Below are positions 23,942 through 37,161 of a stretch of 64,000 bases of DNA, piece after piece. Position numbers and translations under genes: made by a program. Every line of letters starts with the position of its first letter. The stretch's first letter is position 1. The notes under the pieces are model-generated. The model did not search any database. It was not told where the DNA came from and saw only the letters and a program-made list of their open reading frames with translations. This DNA is from Salpingoeca rosetta (lineage: Eukaryota > Protista > Choanoflagellata): NCBI GenBank assembly GCA_033442325.1, contig JAWQFM010000025.1, positions 424,638 through 488,637 of the forward strand. The letters are read 5' to 3'.

Positions 23942-24781
23942 TTTCCTGTCTTGCTCACGCTCATACCCACAAGCACGCACTTCCTCTCTGCCCGCGCTCG
24001 CCACATGTGCAATTGAACTCGTGCACCACTTCTTGACCTTCTCCTACTTCTGTCCACGTCAACGTCAACTCTCTCTCACCCCACCCCCTCCACCCTCGTG
24101 CTGTCGATGATGACATGACGACAGGAGATCAAGAAAATGTTTTCGCTGCAGCAGGGCGGCGGGTTCCTCTTCTCCCTCTCAGGACACATCCTCATGAGGT
24201 GACGTGCTTTTTTGGGGTTGTGTAATGTGCTGCGCGACTGTGCCATGCGAAAACGCATTGGTATCATTGACCTCACACACATCCTCCCCCTCTCCCTCTC
24301 CACCTCCTCCATCACCACCATCATCACCATCACCACGGCCGCCACCATCATCACGGCAGCATGCAGCATCTTGCGGCGCTGAGCGAAGACGACCTCACCC
24401 GCCCGCTCCTCCCCGTGAGTCGAGGAGGGCGTGACACGTGATGATAGTGGTGGTGCTTGCTCGTGTATCCTGCGCATGTATTGGTGGTTTTGGCGTGTTT
24501 GTGTGTGAATGTGTGAGTTTGTAGCGTGCCAGAAAGCGATGATGACTTGATTGCGCCCCTGTCCTCACATCACCCTGCCACATTATCACACTCACAACAC
24601 GCCCACATCACTCCATCACCGTCACACCATCACGACTGCAACACCCAGCACTGCGACCGCCACTGGTGGAACAAGCGCATGCAAAGCGATTTGTACGCGC
24701 GTGCACGTGCGCAGGACCCGCCTTCCTCTTCCTCAAAGTCGTCGTCTTCACTCTTTGCTCCGTGGATCCTGCCAGTCGTGC

Positions 24782-24826
<45 letters not shown>

Positions 24827-24845
24827 TGAGTGTGTGTGTGTGTGT

Positions 24846-24885
<40 letters not shown>

Positions 24886-26615
24886 TAATTCTCCCTGCAA
24901 CCTCACACCGCACCACTCAACGTCACGACCGTTACCACGCCACGCCGCCACCACCATCGCCACCATCAAGGGGTTTTTCCACCGCCACCGGGTGAATGTT
25001 GGGGACCACCACATCTCCATCACCGTCATCTCCCGCCGCTCCCGGCACAGGCTCGGATGCAGGTGATGCCGTGGACGGTGTGGAGTGTACACTGAAGTGG
25101 CGTGCAGGGGGGGGGGGAGGGCTGGCATGTGTCACGTGTGTGGTTGATGATGGTTTCTTAAGACGGTGTGTCGCATGCACTGACACACACACACACACAC
25201 ATGCACACGCACGCACACATATACCCATGTACGCATGTACCCACCTGTGCGCTTGCCTGTGTCTCAGATACAAGCGGCGCGGCGTGGATGCAGACGGTCA
25301 CGTCGCAAACAGCGTCGAAACGGAGCAGGTGGTGGTGGCGGCGGTGGTGGTGGTGGTGTTGGTGCAACCTTTGATGGCTTTTGGGCGGTTGTCTTCAAGC
25401 CCCACGAGCCTGTATACACATGCAATCACGCACACAAGCACATAGACACGCACCACTTGCACTCACACTCACACTGCTCACTCCCGCCTTCTCACCACCA
25501 ATCCATCCACCACCCTCAGATTGTCATGTCTGGCACCGCCGTACATTCGTTCGTCCAATACAGAGGTGAGCGTGTCACAATTTGGAAGGGGGGGAGGGGG
25601 AAGGGGCATGTGATGCGCGCCTGTCTGCTTGTTTGACATCCGCATTGACACCCGCAACTTCGCACACTCGTGCACACACACTCTCTCTCACTCACACACA
25701 CACACACACAGACACACACACACACACACACTCTCTCTCNNNNNNNNNNNNNNNNNNNNNNNNNNNNNNNNNNNNNNNNNNNNNNNNNNNNNNNNNNNNN
25801 NNNNNNNNNNNNNNNNNNNNNNNNNNNNNNNNNNNNNNNNNNNNNNNNNNNNNNNNNNNNNNNNNNNNNNNNNNNNNNNNNNNNNNNNNNNNNNNNNNNN
25901 NNNNNNNNNNNNNNNNNNNNNNNNNNNNNNNNNNNNNNNNNNNNNNNNNNNNNNNNNNNNNNNNNNNNNNNNNNNNNNNNNNNNNNNNNNNNNNNNNNNN
26001 NNNNNNNNNNNNNNNNNNNNNNNNNNNNNNNNNNNNNNNNNNNNNNNNNNNNNNNNNNNNNNNNNNNNNNNNNNNNNNNNNNNNNNNNNNNNNNNNNNNN
26101 NNNNNNNNNNNNNNNNNNNNNNNNNNNNNNNNNNNNNNNNNNNNNNNNNNNNNNNNNNNNNNNNNNNNNNNNNNNNNNNNNNNNNNNNNNNNNNNNNNNN
26201 NNNNNNNNNNNNNNNNNNNNNNNNNNNNNNNNNNNNNNNNNNNNNNNNNNNNNNNNNNNNNNNNNNNNNNNNNNNNNNNNNNNNNNNNNNNNNNNNNNNN
26301 NNNNNNNNNNNNNNNNNNNNNNNNNNNNNNNNNNNNNNNNNNNNNNNNNNNNNNNNNNNNNNNNNNNNNNNNNNNNNNNNNNNNNNNNNNNNNNNNNNNN
26401 NNNNNNNNNNNNNNNNNNNNNNNNNNNNNNNNNNNNNNNNNNNNNNNNNNNNNNNNNNNNNNNNNNNNNNNNNNNNNNNNNNNNNNNNNNNNNNNNNNNN
26501 NNNNNNNNNNNNNNNNNNNNNNNNNNNNNNNNNNNNNNNNNNNNNNNNNNNNNNNNNNNNNNNNNNNNNNNNNNNNNNNNNNNNNNNNNNNNNNNNNNNN
26601 NNNNNNNNNNNNNNN

Positions 26616-26686
<71 letters not shown>

Positions 26687-28547
26687 AAACAAACAACAAC
26701 ACACAAGTTATCCCTCACACCTTCCTTCCCCCCCCCCCTCTTCATCTGTCCTGTTGATGACAGGATGCGCTGTCGTCAGCGCCGGTGCGGGTGCAGGGCG
26801 GCGTCGTGCGCACCAACTGCATGGACTGCCTCGACCGCACCAACGTCACACAGGTTGGAAACACGGTGGCAGTGGCGGTGGCGGTGGTGGTGGTGCTGGT
26901 TTGTTTGATCGTGGTGCGTGGCTGAGGGGAGATGGCAACATTCGTCCCCGGAGGGGAAGGGAATGCATCGGGTGATGTCTACACCCCAGAATCTCACTCG
27001 TGTCGAACGCGTGCGTGCACAATCATCCACACCCCCACCGCCACCATTATCACCATGTGTGCAGTCGATCATTGCGCGTCGCGTTCTCCGCCAGCAACTC
27101 GTGGACATGGGCATCATCGGCCGCCGGGTGAGAGGAGGAGTGCACATACACACACACACACAGGCACACAGACAGACAGACGGACATACACATACGCGCA
27201 CGCACACGCACACACACACACCTGCACGTATCACTCACATTGTTCCTCCCAATCCCACACCACCCCATCCATCCTCGTGCCTGCAGGCACCGCTCCCCTC
27301 CACGGTCGTGGCCGGCGTGGTGTCGGCGTGGTCGGCGAATGGAAACGCAATCAGCAGACAGTACGCAGGCACAGACGCAATGAAGGTGAGGGCGTGCCTG
27401 ATGGAAACGTGCGAGGTGCATGATTTGTGATTGTGCGCTTGTGTGCGTGCAAGTGAGCGTGTTGGGTGGTTGTTGCGACCATGCAAAATACATTGTACCT
27501 TCGTTCGTTCTGACTCTCAAATGCACACATCTCTCCACTGCCGCTGGCAACAGAGCGAGGCCACGAAATCATCCAACAAACTTCTTGGTGAGACCATCAC
27601 CAATGTAAACTCTGCAACGCGTTCACATCTTGACACTTGCGCGCATCTCTCCCTCCAAGCTGGCCAGCCTTATTCTCTCTTCGCTCCTTTCTCACCCCCC
27701 CCCACACACACACGCACACACACACCAACCAGGTGCCCTGAACGACGGCCGGAAATCGCTGACGCGCTACTACCTCAACACCTTCCACGACGCGTTCCGC
27801 CAGCAGGCCATCGATCTGTGCCAGCGCGCGCGCACGTGCACCGACGTCGCCGGAGAGGGCGTGGCGATGCAGGTAAAGGAAGCGAGAGGAGGGCGGTGGT
27901 GGTTAGAAGCTGGCGGAGGGGTGTGGGTGGCGTTTCAAGGTTCCCGCTGGTGGGTTGACTTGCTTCCATTGTGGCTCTCGCATGCTCATGCACTCACAAT
28001 TGTTGGCTTTACCAACACACACACACACATACACATGCACATATGCACACACACGCACACGCACACGCACACACACATTCATCCCCCTCGCGCCACGCTC
28101 ACGATAGGACCGAGAGCAGGCCGCGCTGTTTGGGGCGACGATGACATTTGTACAGCGCGTGCAGCAGCGGCTGATGAAGTTTGATCACGATGACGATGAC
28201 GACGACGGCGACGATGGTGGTGATGGTGGTGAAGGTGGTGGTGTCCTTGGTGTGAATGGATTGCGACGCAGGCGCCTGTTTAGTCGTGGAAAGCCGACCG
28301 TGGGTGCTGGCAAGAAGGCGCCATCAACGGCAACGCAACAGCGCCGACGTGACGAGAACGGAGATCGTGACAGCGCGACCACGACAACGACGACAAAGGA
28401 AATGCACGAGAAGAAATCGACGGATTCGGAACTGCCGCTCGTTGCGTCGCCCATGTGGAGGCAGGACGAGTGAGTGCACTGCTGTTGAGTTCTGGTGGTG
28501 GTTGTGACGGTCTCGTGAATGATTCCACCACTTTGGCTTTGCACGTG

Positions 28548-28591
<44 letters not shown>

Positions 28592-28908
28592 ACACACACA
28601 CCGCGCGCGCCATGCCCGTGCGCAAACCCAACTTTACCTCCCTCATCCTTTCCGTCCATCCTTGACCCCGCCTTTTATCCTCGTGTGCTACAGACACATT
28701 GGCGTTGAAGTGGTTCTTCTGCTCACGATGCGCTCGCTCATCATCGCATACGTCGACTTCTCCGAAGAGGTGATGGTGATGGTGGAAGTGGTTGTGGTGG
28801 TGCGCGTGCGGGATTTGAGACTCGTGTACGGCCACGTCGTCCTTATCACGTTGCCACCTCAGAAACGACACGACTTGCACCCAACGCACCCTCCCTCTCT
28901 CCTCACGC

Positions 28909-28958
<50 letters not shown>

Positions 28959-29319
28959 CACACATGCACACACACACGCACGCACACACACACACGCGCG
29001 CACCAACTCACCTTTTCTCCGGATCGCAGGCCATCATCTCCTACACGCGCCTGCCGCTGCACCGCGTGTGCAAGGTTGAGGTCGGTTCACTGAGCGCCAC
29101 AGACACGCGTGCCCTCGGCCTGTCGACACGCCCCACCTCGGCCACGGGATTGCTTGCAAGCAGACGCCCGCGCAGGGGCCAAGCAGCAGCCGGGCCAGCA
29201 GCGCTACGCATTTATGTCAAGGTGAGCAGAAGGGAAGCAACGTGCTCTTGTGTGTTTTGTGTTTTGTGTGTTTTGTGTGTGTGTGTACATGTGTGTGTGT
29301 GTATGTGTGTATGTGTATG

Positions 29320-29363
<44 letters not shown>

Positions 29364-31529
29364 NNNNNNNNNNNNNNNNNNNNNNNNNNNNNNNNNNNNN
29401 NNNNNNNNNNNNNNNNNNNNNNNNNNNNNNNNNNNNNNNNNNNNNNNNNNNNNNNNNNNNNNNNNNNNNNNNNNNNNNNNNNNNNNNNNNNNNNNNNNNN
29501 NNNNNNNNNNNNNNNNNNNNNNNNNNNNNNNNNNNNNNNNNNNNNNNNNNNNNNNNNNNNNNNNNNNNNNNNNNNNNNNNNNNNNNNNNNNNNNNNNNNN
29601 NNNNNNNNNNNNNNNNNNNNNNNNNNNNNNNNNNNNNNNNNNNNNNNNNNNNNNNNNNNNNNNNNNNNNNNNNNNNNNNTGCGAAAGCGTATGTTTTGTG
29701 TTTGTGTGTGTGTGTGTGTACATTTACAACTCACCAAACACAGCGGAATTTTCCCCCCCAACCTCGCATTTGGTGTTTTCATTCCCAAACCCCCCCCCCC
29801 ACCACACACACACACACACGCCAACCACAACCACCGCAATACCTCGGCTGCGTTGAACTCTTCCGAACAGAACGACGATGAGGATCTTGTGTCGCGGCTG
29901 GTGAGCGGATCATTCGGCGTCTGGTACTCGGACCTCCTGCGATTGGGACTCGCAGACACGGACGACGATGACAGTGAAGATGACAATGATGATGAGGAAG
30001 GTGATGATGAAGAAGAAGATGATGATGAGGGGATACGGCAACAAGGAGAACAACAGCAGCAGGAGAAACAGCAGCAGGAGGAACAGGAGGAGGGACAGCA
30101 GACACAAGACCAGCAACAGTCACGCCGTGAGGAGGAGGGTGGTACTGCTGAGAGCGATTGCAGCGAGAAGGAACATGCGCAAGCACAAGCAACAGGACAT
30201 GAAACGGCCGCCTCCACAGCTGGCAACCACGACGATGATGACGAGGATGACTTTGACTTCACCGCAACCACTTCCAGCACCCAGGACAGCTCGCAACGGC
30301 CACCACCCACATCCTCATCGTCACCAGCGTCCCGTCGTTCACGTCTGGCGAGCGATGATGATCTGCTGCTGGGCGCATGTGTACCGCTGTCACCGCAAGT
30401 CGCCTCCACGCAGACACAGCGCCGCGGCAATGACGCTGCTGGCGATGATCATGATGATGACAATGACGGTGACGATGACAATGACGATGACGATGATGAT
30501 GATGATGGTGATGACGAAGACACGTCCATGTTTGTGCCGGAACCAGGTGAGCGCGGTGCTGTTGCTGTTGCTGCTGCTGTTGGCATTGGTGTTTCTCATG
30601 TGCTCCACCACTATCCCAACTCAAATCTCCCTTGCTCTCACTCACGAGCAAGCTCACTCACCCACGCACCACGCACACCTTGCACGCACACTTTGCATGT
30701 GTCCACTTCATCGTTCAGAGACACCGCCATCCAATGCAGAACCAGTAGGCAGTGCCACCACCTCGACACCACCTCGGCCTCCTCTCCCTGCATCACCAAT
30801 CACAACACCTTCGTCGGGCACTGCGCCCACCACGAACAGCAGCGCGCGTCGACCCCAGCGACCAGCACCACCACGTCGACCGCCACCGCCATCCTCGGCT
30901 TCACCACTCCGCCCGCGCCGCCCAACACTGCTCAAGCCCCAGGACCAGCGGCACCTGCAGGTGGCGTGTATGTGTGTTGTTTGTTTGTTTGTTTGTTTGT
31001 TTGTTTGCTTTGTTTGTGTGTTTGTTTGATTGTTTGTGTGTTTGCTTGTTTGTTTGTTTGTTTGTTTGTTTGTTTGTTTGTTTGTTTGTTTGTTTGTTTG
31101 TTTGTTTGTTTGTTTGTTTGTTTGTTTGTTTGTTTGTTTGTTCTGTGTGCGTGTATACGTGTGTGTCGAATTTGCGGCTATGTTCCATGCGTTCAGCTGT
31201 TTATGTGTTTGTTCATGCGTTGGATTAGTGAACGTTTGCAGAAGCCTGCGTTCGTTCTTTCTTTCTTTCCTTTTCATCCACCTCAGCTCACCCCCCCCCC
31301 ACCCCGCGCGACACACGCCTAATGCCTCACACCCTGCTCCTGCCACAGCACGCCGCACCGCCGCTCTCTGTTGGCGGGAAACACATGCACTTTTCCTGGT
31401 GCACGCTTCGCCCTGTCCAGTTTAACAGCAGAGGCCACCTCGAGCCAACCAACAACCAAGGTAGGTTGGTTGGCGTGTGTGTGTTTGTATGTATGTATGC
31501 GGTGTGTGTGTGTGTGTGTGTGTGTGTGT

Positions 31530-31578
<49 letters not shown>

Positions 31579-31946
31579 TCGTGGGTTTGTTGGTGCACTG
31601 TACATCTCAACGAGTACTTGCTGACACGGCTATTCGATTGCTTGCACCTGTGCTCTGCACGACCTACAAACACACACGTGCGCATGCACTTACACACTCA
31701 CACACTCCCTCACACACTCCCTCACTTACACACTCACACACACACTTACACACTCACACACTCACTCACACACTCACTCCCTCACTGACTCACGCACGCA
31801 CACACATACGTGAAGACGTGATTGAGTCTGTTGCGCGCGGATTTCAGGCGGTGCTGCAGCGCGGGCGCCACCGGTTCCAGCTCAAGTTTGTCAAGACGCT
31901 GACGCAAGTGCATTCCACACCACACCACAACAACAACAACACCTGA
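22723..31946 (+). CDS. SAC1-domain phosphoinositide phosphatase, SAC2/INPP5F-like, multi-exon and interrupted by N gaps; boundaries approximate
   Basis: Exons encode WWNKRM...WILPVVQ, RYKRRGVDADGHVANSVETEQ, SFVQYRG, the catalytic VRTNCMDCLDRTNVTQ (CX5R at 26818-26841), WSANGNAISRQYAGTDAMK and GALNDGRKSLTRYYLNTFHDAFRQQAIDL, followed by hSac2-like EVVLLLTMRSLIIAYVDF and SYTRLPLHRVCKVEVG. Confidence 0.85.
31046..31142. repeat. (GTTT)n microsatellite, intronic
   Basis: Continuous TTGT/GTTT tetramer run. Confidence 0.9.
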
Positions 31947-32999
31947 CCTGCATGTCATTCAGCAATTAAGCCAGCCAGGCAAGTCAGCAAGACGCGGCTC
32001 AACCTCAACACCTACGCACACCTACACGCACAGCAATACACCTCAACACACGACCACACGCACAACAGAAGCGTCACCCACACGCGTTCAGAATTCGAAC
32101 CCAACATCACACACGCGCACACATGCCAGCCTTCGCTCTGTTCGCCACCAGCCTTCGCTGGGTTGAATTGTAGAATTTTCGTTGGTAATTTCAATACATT
32201 TTCTAGCCAAACAGCCAAAACCTTCGCTTCGTCAGCCGCCATCACTGGAATTGTTGGAGCGCCACACATGCCACACGACAAAGCACACGAAGCACAAAGC
32301 ACACTCTCGCGCTCTCTCCTCACCCACCTTTGATAACCGCCCAAGCAAAATGCCATCCTGGAATGGCGCATAGCGCAGGCCTACTGCAGGCCAACAGCAG
32401 CTGTCGCGCGCAAACGCACACACACACACACACATACACGCACACACACACTCACACGCACACACACACTCTCTCTCTCGTTGCTTCTTCTGGGCGACCA
32501 TTCAATTCACCTAACCACCGACCAAACATCACGACACACCCGACGTCGACGATCCAAAGGGGCACGACAAGCGGCGATAAGATAAGCGTCGGCCAGCGAC
32601 TGAAACGAGCGAGCGAGGACCGCCCTTATCAACATCGTCCGTCGCGTTCAATTGCTTGGCCAACTTGAGTGGCTGAGCGAGTGACTGAAAGGAACGATCC
32701 ACGCGAGCGACTGAAACGAGCGAGCGAGCGAGGTGAGACTGAAGACCTGGTGTGGTGGCCTTGCTGCAGTGCAGTGAAGTGTTGTTGGATGCCATATGAT
32801 GCGATGAGCTTCGAGATGGAGCGTTCTGATGCCTGTTTTTCCGTGTTGGCTTCCCGTTGTGCACCTACCTCACCGCAACGATCTCTGCTTCCTATCTATG
32901 CTTCCCGCCCCCCCCCCCCCTCCCTTTACCACCACAATCTCTGCTTCCTGTCATCCTCTCCCCCCCCCCCTCACACACACACGTCAGCACCTGAGAGTC

Positions 33000-35461
33000 A
33001 TGGACCTCTCCCATCCCCAGGGGCAGTCTGCACTGCCGCGAATGGACAACGTGTGTGGTGGTGATCATGATGGTGGCTTTCAAAGCGGCATCTTCTTCGA
33101 TGGCGACGATGACCTGTTCAGCTCACCACCGCCGCCGCCACCACCACCCTCCTCCCACTACGACTTCCAACAGCATCATCAACAACAGTGCGAGCCGCAA
33201 GGGTACTTTGATGCCCCTGCGCCGTGCACACCTGCAAACCAGCACGATAACCTCAACACCCCATACCACAACGACCAACAACAGCCCCAGCAGCAGCCAC
33301 ACCTGCCTCCCGCGCCCCCTCTGAAGAAGACGGGCTCATGGCACAATCCCGCCTTTGAGCGCGTGCTTGCCGCAGTCCCGCCCACGGGCGTGTGCTCCAA
33401 CCAGCAGTCTGGGACGACCAGCCCCATCATGATCGACGCGTCCCGGCGCGAGTCCATCGCCAGCAGCTCAGATGGCCTCAACGAGCGCATGCAGACGGTG
33501 ACCCTGCAGGACGCGGCGTCCAACGCTGCTGATGAGCGTGGTCGGTCGCTGCTGCCCGGATCGCGCGCATGCAGCGATGCCGCGCCCTCCAACAGCCCAT
33601 ATGCGCGCTTCTCCACGCCAAGCCGCCACGGCTCGCCCATGATCGTCGGTGCTCACGCTGGTGGTGGTGGTGGTGGCCACCGGTACAGTCCTCACGTGAG
33701 TGGCAGTCGCCTCATGCACGGTGGTGGAGGTAGTGGTGGCACGAGCACCAACAACACCAGCGCTGCGAACAGCAGCAACAGCAGCCCAGCCATGCGCATG
33801 GGTACGCCTGTGCGGGGCAGGGCCCGCTTTCACCACCATCATCACCAGCACCATCCGGCAACAGCCCACCTGTCACCGCTGCGCAACCGCCCACGCAGTT
33901 ACACCCAGGCATGCTACTCGCCCGCGTCAGTTGGCACACACTCGCCCCAGCCGACACCGATGATGGGGTCGCCCGCGCTCCTGCGACGCCGCAAGGCCGT
34001 GTCACCTGGCCCCTCCATGCACCAGCCGCAGCCGTTTGCAGCGACACCGCGCCCAGGCACCGCACCCTCCGCCTCGACCACGCGGAGGCCGTTTGGCGAC
34101 AGCACGCTGTGCATGTCAGCAACAACTTCCCCCGCAACAACAACAACAACTGCAGCAGCAGGTGGTGGTGGCGGTGGTGGTGGTGGTGTTGGTTCGACAC
34201 CGAATGCGCTTGCGTTGACGTCACCATCGTCAACACCAAGCCCGCTCCGCCCCAACTTCACCACCACCAACAGCACATACGCCTATGGTGGCAACAACGA
34301 CAACAACAACAACAGCAGCACCAGCAGCAGTAGTGCCAACACTCCAAGTGGTGGCGCCTCGTACCGCTCACCGCTTCGTCCGCCGTCGCGCGAGTTCAAT
34401 GGCAGCGGCGGCGGCGGCAGCCACCTCTCGCCGCTCCGCTCCCCTCTCGCTGCCTCGGCTGCAACAACAACAGCAGCAAACACAGCAACCACAACAACAG
34501 CAGGGGTGACGGGCGGGACGGGGCCGCTGCTGAGCCCCAACAACCCGTACGTGCTGGCCACGGTGCCGCGCGGGCTGAGGAACGGCGACATTCGGCGGTC
34601 GTCGTCGTCCACCACCATCACACCCGGTGGCCATGGCGGTGACGTGGAGGGCCGTGCAGGTGGCAGTGGCGTGTTCACGTTCCACAACCAGTACGATCAT
34701 CAGCAGCACCAGCGCCACGTGTATGGTCAGCAAGCGGCGGAAGAAGAGGAGCAGAACGGCGACCAGCAGTATGAGCAGCTGTACGAGCACCAACGGCTGC
34801 AGCTGCACCAGCACCAGCAGCAGCAAGGGCGTAGTCCGTACCACCAACCATCGCAACACCAAGCATTCCAACAACAAGCATCGCAACACCAAGCGTCGCA
34901 GCAGTACCAGCAGCACGACTGTTTCCAGCGTGCGCGGCCGCTCCGCATCGGAGACAGCGAAGACGCACGTGACACCGCCCTCAGCGGCGACACCAGTGGC
35001 GGTTGGAGCTCCAACGCACGTGCATCGCCACCGTCACCGCCACCGTCGTCCAGCAAAGGCCACTCGTTGAGCGCCATGATCTACCTTGGCCGGAGCATCA
35101 AGAAGGGTCACAGTCACGCTGGGAGCGGCAGTGACGGTGTTGCAGCAGGAAATTGCAATGGCCAGGCCGACACAACCCACGCGCGTGACATGACGCAAGC
35201 ACCAACCCACACCAACACACAGGCCAACAGCGGCAACAACAGCGGTTACGGTAGCAACAACGGCTACGGTAGCAACAGCACCATGGGCGCCGCGACCCCG
35301 AGTCGAGCGTCCCCTCCGCCGGTGTCGTCCATCACCACGTCTTCGTCGTCGTCCTTGATGCGTCGCCGCCGCCCGCGCATGGGCAGTCTTCCCTCGGACC
35401 GGATGTTTATTCCCAAGTTCCCGGACTTTGATGACGACGCCCGTGCTCCCACCAGCAGAAG

Positions 35462-35527
<66 letters not shown>

Positions 35528-36618
35528 GCGGCAGCAGCAGCAGCAGCAGCAACAACAACAAGTGTCTCCGCTGGTGTCGCCGCGTCGGCCAAAACCAAAG
35601 CGCCGCACGTCCCTACCGGTCGATTTGTCGGCAGTGGTGGAGGAGGAGCTGTTTGATCCGCAATCGCCCATCGAAGTGGACGGAACCATGCGCCGGAAAC
35701 GCCCCTCTGTCACGTCGTTGCATGCAGGCAGTCGCCACGACAGCCGACACGACAGCTGCAGCACGAGCAGCACCAACGTCTTCTTCCACCGTGAGCAATC
35801 ACCACAACCCGCGCTGCATCAACCCCACCACCAACACCAGCAGCAGTACCAACCGCCCCTTGCACGTCAAGATTTCCCCCTGCCGCCCGCCCCACATACG
35901 GAGGCCACGTCCCCTCAGTCGGACGGGTGCGACGACGACAATGACACACACGCGCGCAGCACCGGCGGCACCACCACGCCCAATATGGAGACCACCACCG
36001 GCCGCAACGCGCTCGCTTCTCCCCCGCCCGCAGCTTCAGCAACAGCGCTGCTTGGGTTTGGGATGGAGTGTGCGGTTGGGCCTGTGCACCAGCGCACCCG
36101 CCGCGCATCCATGCAGGCCGTGCTGGCGCCCATTCCAGAGACCCACGGCAGAGGTGACGGTGATGGTGATGGTGGTGGTGATGGTGGTGATGGTGATGAT
36201 TGTCATCAGGAGCGGTATGAGTTGACGCAGCAGAGGAAACGGAAGCAGGGGCGCCGACACGCTGACAGCTTGCCCGTGCTGCCTCTCATCTCCTTTCACG
36301 AGTGTGCAGGTGGTGATGGTACGAACCTCGACACACAGAGCTGCGAAGGCGGTGACAGCAACAACAACAACAACAACAGCCGCGGCAACAGTAACAACGG
36401 CAACAACGACATTGCTGACGCCGATGATAACGATGGTTGTGATGACGACGGCGATCCGCGCTCCATGTTCCAGCACATGCGCGGGTTTTCCTCCACGTCC
36501 GTGTTTGGTTCGGACAAGGACGCCACTTCACCCACGCCCGCCCAACAGCAGCAGCAGCAGCAGCAGCAGCAAGAGAGGAGTGGGTCCGTTGATGGTGATG
36601 CACAGCGCGTGCTGGCGT
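33000..36618 (+). CDS. Long low-complexity, probably disordered protein (>1200 aa, P/S/Q/G/H-rich); 3' end lost in an N gap
   Basis: Uninterrupted frame from ATG 33000 (MDLSHPQG) to the gap at ~36620, with no (GT)n intron-type tracts; many SP/TP and RRxS motifs; no recognisable domain. Confidence 0.65.
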
Positions 36619-37098
36619 TNNNNNNNNNNNNNNNNNNNNNNNNNNNNNNNNNNNNNNNNNNNNNNNNNNNNNNNNNNNNNNNNNNNNNNNNNNNNNNNNN
36701 NNNNNNNNNNNNNNNNNNNNNNNNNNNNNNNNNNNNNNNNNNNNNNNNNNNNNNNNNNNNNNNNNNNNNNNNNNNNNNNNNNNNNNNNNNNNNNNNNNNN
36801 NNNNNNNNNNNNNNNNNNNNNNNNNNNNNNNNNNNNNNNNNNNNNNNNNNNNNNNNNNNNNNNNNNNNNNNNNNNNNNNNNNNNNNNNNNNNNNNNNNNN
36901 NNNNNNNNNNNNNNNNNNNNNNNNNNNNNNNNNNNNNNNNNNNNNNNNNNNNNNNNNNNNNNNNNNNNNNNNNNNNNNNNNNNNNNNNNNNNNNNNNNNN
37001 NNNNNNNNNNNNNNNNNNNNNNNNNNNNNNNNNNNNNTTGGGTGGGTGTGTGTTGGTTGTGGGTGGGTGGGGTCCTCATCTCCTCCCCATCTCTCGAA

Positions 37099-37137
<39 letters not shown>

Positions 37138-37161
37138 CACACACGCACACATACAGCACGG

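Noticed and set aside
33000-36618. Assignment as Wee1 or Cdc25
   Set aside because: No kinase or rhodanese motif is visible; SP-rich composition alone is insufficient.
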